Program-made: the position numbers and the translations under genes
Notes under the pieces: generated by a model
Databases searched by the model: none
Told to the model about the DNA's origin: nothing
The model's input: the letters and a program-made list of their open reading frames with translations, nothing else
Part shown: in pieces, positions 1 to 6,119 of the stretch
Numbering within the stretch: position 1 is the stretch's first letter
Layout of the letters: each line of letters starts with the position of its first letter
IMG/VR virus record: IMGVR_UViG_2671180892_000009
Span: 1 to 6,410 of that record
Strand: one strand, 5' to 3'
Source: a virus
Taxonomy: Duplodnaviria > Heunggongvirae > Uroviricota > Caudoviricetes
DNA length: 6,410 nucleotides

Positions 1-582
1 TTACTCTGCAGGTGAAGTCGGCCACTCAATATCAGGTGCAGTTGATGTATCAACACGGTTCAGCAATACCCGATACTTCTTCCAGGCTTCCAGCAACGAG
101 GTTTCTTCCTCCGTTGCAATTTCCAGATCTGCAGCATCCTGAAGCGGCGCAATATGCTCACTGGCTACCTGCATCAGGCTTTTTTTTGTTTCTTCCGCCT
201 CCCGGATCCGGAACAGTTTTTCTGCTTCCGTATCCTTCACCCAGGCTGTGCCGTTCCACTTCTGATATTCCCCTCCCGGCGATAACCAGGTAAAATTTTC
301 CGGTAACGGACCGAGTTCAGAAATAAATAACGCGTCGCCGGAAGCCACGTCATAGACGGTTTTACCCCGATGGTCTTCAACGAGATGCCACGATGCCTCA
401 TCACTGTTGAAAACAGCCACAAAGCCAGCCGGAATATCTGGCGGTGCAATATCGGTACTGTTTGCTGGCAGACCTGTATGAGGCGGAATATATGCGTCAC
501 CTTCACCAATAAATTCATTAGTTCCGGCCAGCAGATTATAAATTTTTATGGTCCGTGGTTGTTCACTCATTCTGAATGCCAT
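1..582 (-). CDS. tfa: Tail fibre assembly protein (lambda Tfa family), 193 aa. The ATG at 580-582 overlaps the stop of the upstream tail-fibre fragment as TAATG; a second in-frame ATG lies at 568-570.
   Basis: Full-length ORF with its stop at 1-3. The translation ([51 protein letters not shown]...) matches the lambda/enterobacterial Tfa family as I remember it. It sits directly downstream of a tail-fibre C-terminal fragment, as in lambda stf-tfa. Confidence 0.85.
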   Translation of the reverse strand: MAFRMSEQPRTIKIYNLLAGTNEFIGEGDAYIPPHTGLPANSTDIAPPDIPAGFVAVFNSDEASWHLVEDHRGKTVYDVASGDALFISELGPLPENFTWLSPGGEYQKWNGTAWVKDTEAEKLFRIREAEETKKSLMQVASEHIAPLQDAADLEIATEEETSLLEAWKKYRVLLNRVDTSTAPDIEWPTSPAE

Positions 583-914
583 TATGCAAGCCTCACAATA
601 TAGTTAAATGCAATGTTTTTGACGGTGTTTTCCGCGTTACCCGCAGCGTTAACGGTGATGGTGTGTCCGTGTGAACCAATACTGAAAGAATGGGCATGAG
701 CACCGATAACAACCGGATGCTGGTGCGCACCAATACCAACTGTATGCGCATGTGCACCGGCACTCACGGCTGTACCGGACAATGAGTGACTGTGGCTGCC
801 CTGACTGTCCGTTTTCGATAAATAAGCAATACCCTGTGTGTTGGTTCCTTTAACTGTGGATAAACTTCCTGTATCAATGCTTAAATCAATGACAAGGTCA
901 GCAATCTGGTCCAA
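582..914 (-). pseudogene. Deletion-fusion remnant: about 16 residues resembling the tape-measure (gpH) N-terminus joined in frame to a His-box side-tail-fibre C-terminal tip domain, 110 codons. The only possible start is TTG at 912-914.
   Basis: The N-terminus [16 protein letters not shown] resembles lambda gpH MAEPVGDLVVDLSLD. The rest (SHSHS, GAHAHT, GAHQHP, GAHAHS, GSHGHT ... [11 protein letters not shown]) has the repeated GxHxH boxes typical of T4 gp37 / lambda Stf fibre tips. There is no internal Met; an in-frame stop lies two codons upstream of the TTG; a strong Shine-Dalgarno (GGGAGGAA) precedes the TTG. The open frame is intact, so it may still be translated. Confidence 0.65.
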
Positions 915-1227
915 ATCTCATTCCTCCCGATATACCTTCCCCCAGATGCATCAGCTCTTCATCCGTGCGTTCAGGGATCACCCTGTCATCCGTAACCAGA
1001 CTGAAATCATCCGCCGGAATACGTTCACCGGACACCATCTGAACCATCAGCGACTTCAGTGTGGAAATCTGTGCATCCAGCCAGATATCCCCGAAACTCT
1101 GCTTCCGGAAGAAATCCCCCCATTCGCCCAGTTCTGACGCTGACATTTCTGATAACATCCGCCGCCAGTCTGCCCGCCGGAACTCACGGGCAAGCTGCAT
1201 CACAAACTGCATCTCCCGCGTCAGGAC
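898..1227 (-). CDS. gpT-like frame, the -1 frame relative to G, expected to be expressed only as a G-T fusion by programmed -1 frameshifting. The frame is open from 1251; the first ATG is at 1210-1212.
   Basis: Position and frame match the lambda G/T arrangement: the frame is -1 relative to G, it opens 9 codons before the G stop, and it ends just inside the start of the gpH-like ORF. The protein sequence was not matched to lambda gpT from memory, so the call rests on synteny. Confidence 0.55.
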   Translation of the reverse strand, partial: VLTREMQFVMQLAREFRRADWRRMLSEMSASELGEWGDFFRKQSFGDIWLDAQISTLKSLMVQMVSGERIPADDFSLVTDDRVIPERTDEELMHLGEGISGGMRFGPDC

Positions 1228-1610
1228 TTTTCCGGTGTCAGGGGAACCTGTTCACCGTTCTGAACATCACCGGTGGAGACCGGCATACCACTCAGGGATA
1301 AAACCAGACTGCCCCCGTCGCCAAGCGCGTCATAAGACCAGGTGTTTTTTACATCCTCATTCAGCGCATCCACATCCTGTGACGGGTCCGTATTCCACAT
1401 TGACCGGGAAACCAGCCAGGCATTGATATCCATCCCCATACGCAGAAATTCAATCTGACGATCCGCCACCGGCATGGCATCATCCAGGGCGTCAAACTCA
1501 GCTGTCCGTTTCTGGACAAACGCCAGATACTCCACCCGCTGAAGTCCGGATAATTCTGTCAGTACCACAGACTGATTACCGTAGTTAAATGTGTCCTGTT
1601 TCAGAAACAT
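1221..1610 (-). CDS. G: Tail assembly chaperone gpG-like, 129 aa from the ATG at 1608-1610.
   Basis: The N-terminus MFLKQDTFNYGNQSVVLTELSGLQRVEYLA resembles lambda gpG MFLKTESFEHNGVTVTLSELSALQRIEHLA. A strong Shine-Dalgarno (GGAGGGG) lies 4 nt upstream of the ATG. It sits between V and the T frame, as in lambda. Confidence 0.8.
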   Translation of the reverse strand: MFLKQDTFNYGNQSVVLTELSGLQRVEYLAFVQKRTAEFDALDDAMPVADRQIEFLRMGMDINAWLVSRSMWNTDPSQDVDALNEDVKNTWSYDALGDGGSLVLSLSGMPVSTGDVQNGEQVPLTPEKS

Positions 1611-1619
1611 GTCCCCTCC

Positions 1620-1648
1620 GTAAACAAAAAACCCCGGCATACCGGGGT
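1620..1648 (-). terminator. Rho-independent terminator-like hairpin between V and G. On the minus-strand RNA it reads ACCCCGG-UAUG-CCGGGGU followed by UUUUUUGUUU.
   Basis: Seen in sequence: a 7-bp GC-rich stem (plus 1631-1637 and 1642-1648) with a 4-nt loop, immediately followed on the minus strand by a U-tract. It lies in the 56-nt V-G intergenic region just upstream of the G ribosome-binding site. Confidence 0.55.
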
Positions 1649-1666
1649 AAAAAACAGACTGCCAGG

Positions 1667-2407
1667 TTAATCACCATTAACGGTAATACCGGCCACAGCA
1701 ACCTGCGCACCACCCGCAGTCATCCCCACAATCGAGGTGCTGCCCGCTTTCACACCTTTCACCGTGGCCACCATGCCACTCAGCGTAACCGTGGCGATAT
1801 CAGGAGATGATGACGCCACGCTCACCGTTTTATCAGAAGCATCTTCCGGTACTGTGCTGAATGTCAGCGTCGTCGTTGCCCCCACTCTGACACTGGCGGA
1901 AACCGGCATTACTGTCAGCCCGGTCACCCCCACAATTTCAGTCCCCTCCTCAGCCAGATACGGACGCCCCACACCGCTGATTTTAACCGTACGGGTCATC
2001 ACATCTTTTGACGTAATGGTTTTACCCAGCGAACTCAGCCAGCCGCGGAACACATCAACGGTACCGTTAGGGTATTTAATGCGGAATGCACGAACTTCAC
2101 CGGAATCAAACAACTGAATCAGTTTTTTCTGTCCGCTGTCACCCGGACGCCAGGCCAGCGTCGCGGATGTATCACCAACAGATTTTTGCCCCTGAGTTGT
2201 CGTTTTCCAGTCAGCATTTTCATCATCGAGATAATCGTCATCTTCCGCATCTGCAGTCATTTCCCCCGGCTGCAGATCCTTCACCATCGCGAGGCGCAGC
2301 CAGTCCGTATCTGACAAAGGATTCGCAAATGCGTCGCCCTTGCCGGTATACATCCAGAACGTCGTCCCCGCCCCTTTCATTTTTTCAAGTGGATTCGGTG
2401 TCGTCAT
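1667..2407 (-). CDS. V: Major tail (tube) protein gpV-like, 246 aa, with a C-terminal Ig-like (Big_2-type) domain. Start at the ATG at 2405-2407 rather than the upstream start given in the ORF track.
   Basis: MTTPNPLEKMKGAGTTFWMYTGKGDAFANPLSDTDW... aligns along its length with lambda gpV ([36 protein letters not shown]...). Same length as lambda gpV (246 aa). Shine-Dalgarno AAGGGGTGGG upstream of the ATG. Confidence 0.9.
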   Translation of the reverse strand: MTTPNPLEKMKGAGTTFWMYTGKGDAFANPLSDTDWLRLAMVKDLQPGEMTADAEDDDYLDDENADWKTTTQGQKSVGDTSATLAWRPGDSGQKKLIQLFDSGEVRAFRIKYPNGTVDVFRGWLSSLGKTITSKDVMTRTVKISGVGRPYLAEEGTEIVGVTGLTVMPVSASVRVGATTTLTFSTVPEDASDKTVSVASSSPDIATVTLSGMVATVKGVKAGSTSIVGMTAGGAQVAVAGITVNGD

Positions 2408-2417
2408 TTCCCACCCC

Positions 2418-3026
2418 TTAATTTGTATATGTGATTTGATACGTGATTTCCGCCATCGCCCATGTTGCCATATCGTTATCACGCTGATAGTTAAATCCCC
2501 GTGGGATCATGGTATCGATAAGGCCGTAAAGCGCCGGAATATCCTCCAGTGCCGGGTAAATAATGTTGTCCATCCACGTATCCAGATCAGAATCCGGTGC
2601 CTGTGCGCGGATAAAGACGGCGACATGCAGAACTGCCAGCCAGTCATCCTCATCCGTCATTTTTCCGGTGTACTGTGCATCACTCAGCCACACCGCCACG
2701 GCAGGCAGCTCCTGCGCATCAATAAAGGCAGGAAGGCCGTCAAACAGGACGGTCTTCTCCCCGCACGTCGTTTTCAGGCGCGACAATACGGCCTGACGAA
2801 TTTGTGTGTGTCGGTTCATCGGGTCAGATATAACCTCAGTTGGTGTTTCAGGGCATACACCCAGCGCACTTTCCAGCTCTTCAATATACTGACGCAGTTC
2901 ACCAATTGTCGCCCGCGAATACTGAACCTGACGCCCGTCCTTGCTGACGGAAACCACAGCACGTCCGATCATCAGTTCATGTAACGCCCGGCGGGCATCG
3001 CATAGCATTTCATGCGTATAAATCAT
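2418..3026 (-). CDS. In-frame fusion ORF: gpW-like head-tail joining protein (about residues 1-57), a roughly 13-residue junction, then a complete gpU-like tail terminator starting at an internal Met at 2817-2819. Start at the ATG at 3024-3026; a GTG at 3027-3029 is also in frame.
   Basis: N-terminal part: ARRALHELMIGRAVVSVSKDGRQVQYSRATIGELRQYIEELE versus lambda gpW [42 protein letters not shown]. C-terminal part: MNRHTQIRQAVL...FDGLPAFIDAQELPAVAVWLSDAQYTG...IPALYGLIDTM...ITYQITY versus lambda gpU MKHTELRAAVL...FDGRPAVFDEADFPAVAVYLTGAEYTG...IPALSDLITSM...LTYVITY. Shine-Dalgarno GGAGGA 7 nt upstream of the ATG. Confidence 0.8.
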   Translation of the reverse strand: MIYTHEMLCDARRALHELMIGRAVVSVSKDGRQVQYSRATIGELRQYIEELESALGVCPETPTEVISDPMNRHTQIRQAVLSRLKTTCGEKTVLFDGLPAFIDAQELPAVAVWLSDAQYTGKMTDEDDWLAVLHVAVFIRAQAPDSDLDTWMDNIIYPALEDIPALYGLIDTMIPRGFNYQRDNDMATWAMAEITYQITYTN

Positions 3027-3029
3027 CAC

Positions 3030-4946
3030 TTATCCTCCACTCAGAGCAGCCGCGATTTCTTCAATAGTCATTTCATCGTCGTCCTGTTCATCTCTTCTGG
3101 CGCGGGCCAGTGCATCCAGATCCAGTTGCCACCGCTGAACGGAAATGCGCAGCGCTGCATAGGCATACACCAGACAGTCCAGAGCTTCATTACGCCGTTT
3201 TCTGGCATCCCACTGGAGTTTCACCCGCCCGTTCACAACTTTTTCAACCAGCTCTTCTGCCACGAGTTGTTTAGCTTCAACATCAGAAAAAATGTCCGGG
3301 TTATCCGGAAAACGGAAGGTATACGGTGCGACTTCACTGGCAGATACCACCGGCAGGGCAAAACGCGCATACAGCATTTCCTTGACGGTATCGGAACCCA
3401 CCTCACACAAAAACACCCCACGCTGGTTTCGCTTTTTTGGCATGGTGATCACCGGCTTGCCGTACACCGACGCCCCTTTGATGGGGAGCACAAAAAAAGT
3501 GCCGTGTTTTCTGGATCGCTGATACACAATGTCCTGGTCAATACCACCGGTATCCCAGCAGACGCGGGAAATGGAAATTTCAGTGCCATCTGCATGACGG
3601 TATTTTTTCCGGATCACGGCATCAACGCGTTTAAGGGTGTCCTCATCTTCCGGTCTCCCCATGATGATCTGCTTGTCAATCAGAAAAGCTTCTTCGCCAG
3701 GAGCCCAGCCCCAGACATAAATCTCATAACGGTTTTTCTGAGAGTCGATCCCTGCGGTCAGGTAAACCACCCGCAGGGGAACCTGCGCATCATAGTGGCA
3801 GACTTTTTCCAGCAATAACTCAAAGCTCAGTTTTTCTGCCACAGCCTCTTCATAAGGCTCCCCCAGCGTGGTGTTAATGAACGTCTTGACGCCATTCGGA
3901 TCCTTCAGTGCATCAAGCCAGTCATAAACAATCTGTACCCAGGTGGTGAACGGGCTGTATGCCGTCCAGATGTGGTACGAGATTGAGCGCGGTGGCGGGA
4001 TTTCCTCATCACCGGCGCTGTAAAATGTCAGACCGTCACGCGTCCACATCCCGGTATTGTCACAAATCCACCGCCCGTCGGTCTGGTCAAGTTCCGACTG
4101 ACGGATCGCGCAGCCATTATGTTCACACAGGTAATACACCGTCTCCGGCTTGCCCTTCTCCCATTTCAGGCCAAAGGTTGTCGCATCATCGCCAAACTTC
4201 AGATACTGGGCTTCACCACAATGAGGGCATGGCACATAAAACCGCATAAAATGTGCAGATTCGTTCGCGGCTTTTTCAATCTGGCAAAAACCTTTAATTT
4301 TGGGCGTTGAGCCGCGTATGGATTTAGGCCATACCGAACCTTCGATACGCTTATCGCCAAGCAGAGTTGGTGAACCTTCTTTTTCCACATCCGGTTCAAA
4401 CGAGGAGAGTTCGTCATAGCAGACCACATCCACAGATTTTTCACGGTAGTTTTTGGCAGCAGCTCCGCCCAGACACCAGAATCCCACACCGGAGGAGAAA
4501 CGTTTCAGGGTAAGCGTGTTGTCCCGATGTTTTCTGCCAAACCACGGAGCCAGCTCCAGTAATACAGGAACGTCTCTTATCGTTGGTTCGACATGGGATT
4601 TCATAAAATCTTCTGCCGCAGAATCTGTCGGCTGAAAAAGCAGGCTGTTACGGGATTTGTGTTCAATAAAATAAGCCTCCACCCCCAACAGCATTTTGGT
4701 GTAACCAACACGCGCCGATTTAATCAGATTAACGGTGCGGATCCGGTCATTCCCCATGCTGTTCATGATGGCAACCTGAAACGGCAGTGTTTCCCATTGC
4801 CCGGGAGTATATGAAGACTCTTTTGGCAGATAATAATGCTGATCAGCCCACTGAACTGTCGTCAGTGGTACCGGAATATTGAGAGATACAAGCCCTGTTG
4901 CTATCGCACCGGCTGCATTAGCTGCCTTCTGTGCGTCTGAAATCAT
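3030..4946 (-). CDS. A: Terminase large subunit gpA-like, about 638 aa. Start at the ATG at 4944-4946; a TTG at 4947-4949 is also in frame.
   Basis: Collinear similarity to lambda gpA over the whole length, for example [88 protein letters not shown] and [19 protein letters not shown]. Near-identical size to lambda gpA (641 aa). No internal stops. Confidence 0.95.
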   Translation of the reverse strand: MISDAQKAANAAGAIATGLVSLNIPVPLTTVQWADQHYYLPKESSYTPGQWETLPFQVAIMNSMGNDRIRTVNLIKSARVGYTKMLLGVEAYFIEHKSRNSLLFQPTDSAAEDFMKSHVEPTIRDVPVLLELAPWFGRKHRDNTLTLKRFSSGVGFWCLGGAAAKNYREKSVDVVCYDELSSFEPDVEKEGSPTLLGDKRIEGSVWPKSIRGSTPKIKGFCQIEKAANESAHFMRFYVPCPHCGEAQYLKFGDDATTFGLKWEKGKPETVYYLCEHNGCAIRQSELDQTDGRWICDNTGMWTRDGLTFYSAGDEEIPPPRSISYHIWTAYSPFTTWVQIVYDWLDALKDPNGVKTFINTTLGEPYEEAVAEKLSFELLLEKVCHYDAQVPLRVVYLTAGIDSQKNRYEIYVWGWAPGEEAFLIDKQIIMGRPEDEDTLKRVDAVIRKKYRHADGTEISISRVCWDTGGIDQDIVYQRSRKHGTFFVLPIKGASVYGKPVITMPKKRNQRGVFLCEVGSDTVKEMLYARFALPVVSASEVAPYTFRFPDNPDIFSDVEAKQLVAEELVEKVVNGRVKLQWDARKRRNEALDCLVYAYAALRISVQRWQLDLDALARARRDEQDDDEMTIEEIAAALSGG

Positions 4947-5466
4947 CAATCCACCCGCCTACGTTCTCACCAGCTTTAGCTGCAACGTTGGAGGCTTTTG
5001 CGATTTCAGTTTTCACCACATCAAGGTGTGACGGTGAAATATCCGGATATTTACGCTGTAATGTCAGCGGCACACGTACAAGTATCCCCGAAATCTCCTG
5101 TGCCACACGTTGCAGAATGAAGGTAAACAATTCCGTTTCCAGTACCAGCCCTTCTTCGCGGGCATTTTTCAGTTCCTGTGCATCAGCCTGTGCTTTTGTG
5201 AGTCGGTAGCGCTCATAGTCAATGGTGCCGGGTTGTAAATCTGATTCCGCAGCCGCACGCAAATCCTCGGTCTCTTTGCGGAGTTTTTCGTTTTCAATAT
5301 CGGCTTCGCGCTGCGCATACCACTGAATTGCCATGGCGGTATCAAATACAGATTCAACCCCCTTACTACCACCAGAGACACAAGAGAGCCCCTGAGACTG
5401 CCAGCGTTCAATCGTTCGTGGATCCACGTTGAAAATTTCCGCGAGCTTCTTTTTATTAACCTTCAT
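4918..5466 (-). CDS. nu1: Terminase small subunit Nu1-like, 182 aa, with an N-terminal HTH DNA-binding domain. Start at the ATG at 5464-5466; the ORF track starts 6 codons upstream at 5484. The 3' end overlaps the start of A.
   Basis: [26 protein letters not shown]...[57 protein letters not shown] closely parallels lambda Nu1 (MEVNKKQLADIFGASIRTIQNWQEQG...[56 protein letters not shown]). Confidence 0.9.
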   Translation of the reverse strand: MKVNKKKLAEIFNVDPRTIERWQSQGLSCVSGGSKGVESVFDTAMAIQWYAQREADIENEKLRKETEDLRAAAESDLQPGTIDYERYRLTKAQADAQELKNAREEGLVLETELFTFILQRVAQEISGILVRVPLTLQRKYPDISPSHLDVVKTEIAKASNVAAKAGENVGGWIDDFRRTEGS

Positions 5467-5490
5467 AAAACATTTCCATATCAAATGCAG

Positions 5491-5690
5491 GGTCCGACAT
5501 GGAAGTGCTCAAAAACGTCTTTTTCGGGCACTTTCATGTCGGACCTTTTACGGATGTGATTGATGAAAAAACAATGAGTTATACACGAGAAGTACCGACA
5601 CGCTTTTTCCCGAAAAATTTTCATAAATAGCGAAAATCCGCGCCGCTGCCGCCCCGTGGCAGACCACCCCACCGGAAGGACCCGTACAAA
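5491..5690 (-). other. Lambda-type cos site on the minus strand: cosQ-like element (about 5668-5686), cosN with a candidate 12-nt cohesive end GGGCGGCAGCGG (5643-5654), and cosB with candidate Nu1-binding repeats (18-bp inverted repeat arms at 5491-5508 and 5528-5545).
   Basis: The minus-strand sequence ACGGGTCCTTCCGGTG...GCCACG GGGCGGCAGCGG CGCGGATTTTCGCTATTTATGAAAATTTTTCGG aligns with the lambda right end / cos / left end as I remember it (ACGGGTCCTTTCCGGTG...GGTTACG GGGCGGCGACCT CGCGGGTTTTCGCTATTTATGAAAATTTTCCGG). The distance from cosN to the Nu1 start is about 180 bp, as in lambda. Confidence 0.75.
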
Positions 5691-5828
5691 TAGAGTTATT
5701 ATTAATTACATTTACAGTAGGAATGATGTACATCATTGAAACACCATTCAGTCATATACCGACAGCATTCGGTGTTGCACTTCATAACTCTGCGACTACG
5801 GTTATAAAAGCATTGGCTACTTTTGCCA

Positions 5829-5870
5829 CCGGCAAATCTTCAATGGATTTCCCCTGCCGGTTTTTTATTT
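5829..5870 (+). terminator. Weak terminator-like hairpin on the plus strand (CCGGCA...TGCCGG with an internal loop) followed by TTTTTTATTTT.
   Basis: Seen in sequence only. The stem is interrupted and the loop is long; no upstream plus-strand gene is evident in the window. Confidence 0.25.
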
Positions 5871-6008
5871 TCATCGATGCATAACATTGCTTTTACATCA
5901 ATAGCAGCTATTGTCAGTAGTATGTTGTATCGATGCATGGGTGGTATTGGCGATCTTCGCCGACCGGTTCTGTGTAGCTCCCTATGACCGGTTTTTTTAT
6001 TTCTAAGA

Positions 6009-6045
6009 TTATAGAAGTCCTTCACTGTATGAAGGACTTCTATAA
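6009..6045. repeat. Perfect 16-bp inverted repeat (TTATAGAAGTCCTTCA / TGAAGGACTTCTATAA) separated by 5 bp. Function unknown: a stable hairpin or a dimeric protein-binding site.
   Basis: Seen directly in sequence: 6009-6024 is the exact reverse complement of 6030-6045. It lies about 75 bp from the IS3 terminus in an AT-rich non-coding stretch. Confidence 0.6.
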
Positions 6046-6119
6046 CGCTTCTTACTTTGTAATTTTCGCACCTTCCGGTAATTCCATAGGTTAAAAAAAC
6101 CTCATAATCTCTGACAATT

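Noticed and set aside
237-518. Minus-strand ORFs in alternative frames inside tfa, A and Nu1 (237-518, 3233-3421, 4199-4489, 5169-5411).
   Set aside because: They are out-of-frame overlaps of genes whose main frame is well supported. Nothing suggests genuine overprinted genes.
846-880. Possible Gin/Hin/Pin-type invertase crossover site inside the tail-fibre fragment (TTCCTTTAACTGTGGATAAACTTCC).
   Set aside because: It shares only TTCCT and GGATAA with the gix-type 26-bp site as I remember it, with the wrong spacing and no dyad symmetry. No invertase gene is present in the window. Not supportable from this sequence alone.
898-1212. Treating the 104-aa ORF as an independently translated gene starting at its ATG at 1210-1212.
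   Set aside because: The ATG sits 9 nt upstream of the G stop with no Shine-Dalgarno of its own, and the frame is open for another 13 codons upstream. By analogy with lambda gpT it is more likely translated only as a G-T frameshift product.
3012-3818. 268-aa plus-strand ORF, and the other plus-strand ORFs across 12-5209 (for example 2340-2984 at 214 aa, 1737-2117, 1061-1426).
   Set aside because: All lie antisense to minus-strand genes with strong, collinear similarity to lambda structural and terminase proteins. Their translations are low-complexity or rich in Arg/His/Cys, with no recognisable domains. They are shadow ORFs on the opposite strand of GC-rich coding sequence.
5481-5736. Two minus-strand ORFs (5481-5672 and 5548-5736) overlapping the cos region.
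   Set aside because: They span cosN and cosB, which align to non-coding lambda cos sequence, and they have no plausible ribosome-binding site. Non-coding.
5840-6025. 61-aa minus-strand ORF in the AT-rich spacer.
   Set aside because: It is basic and low-complexity, runs across palindromic and hairpin elements, and has no convincing Shine-Dalgarno. Probably a chance ORF.
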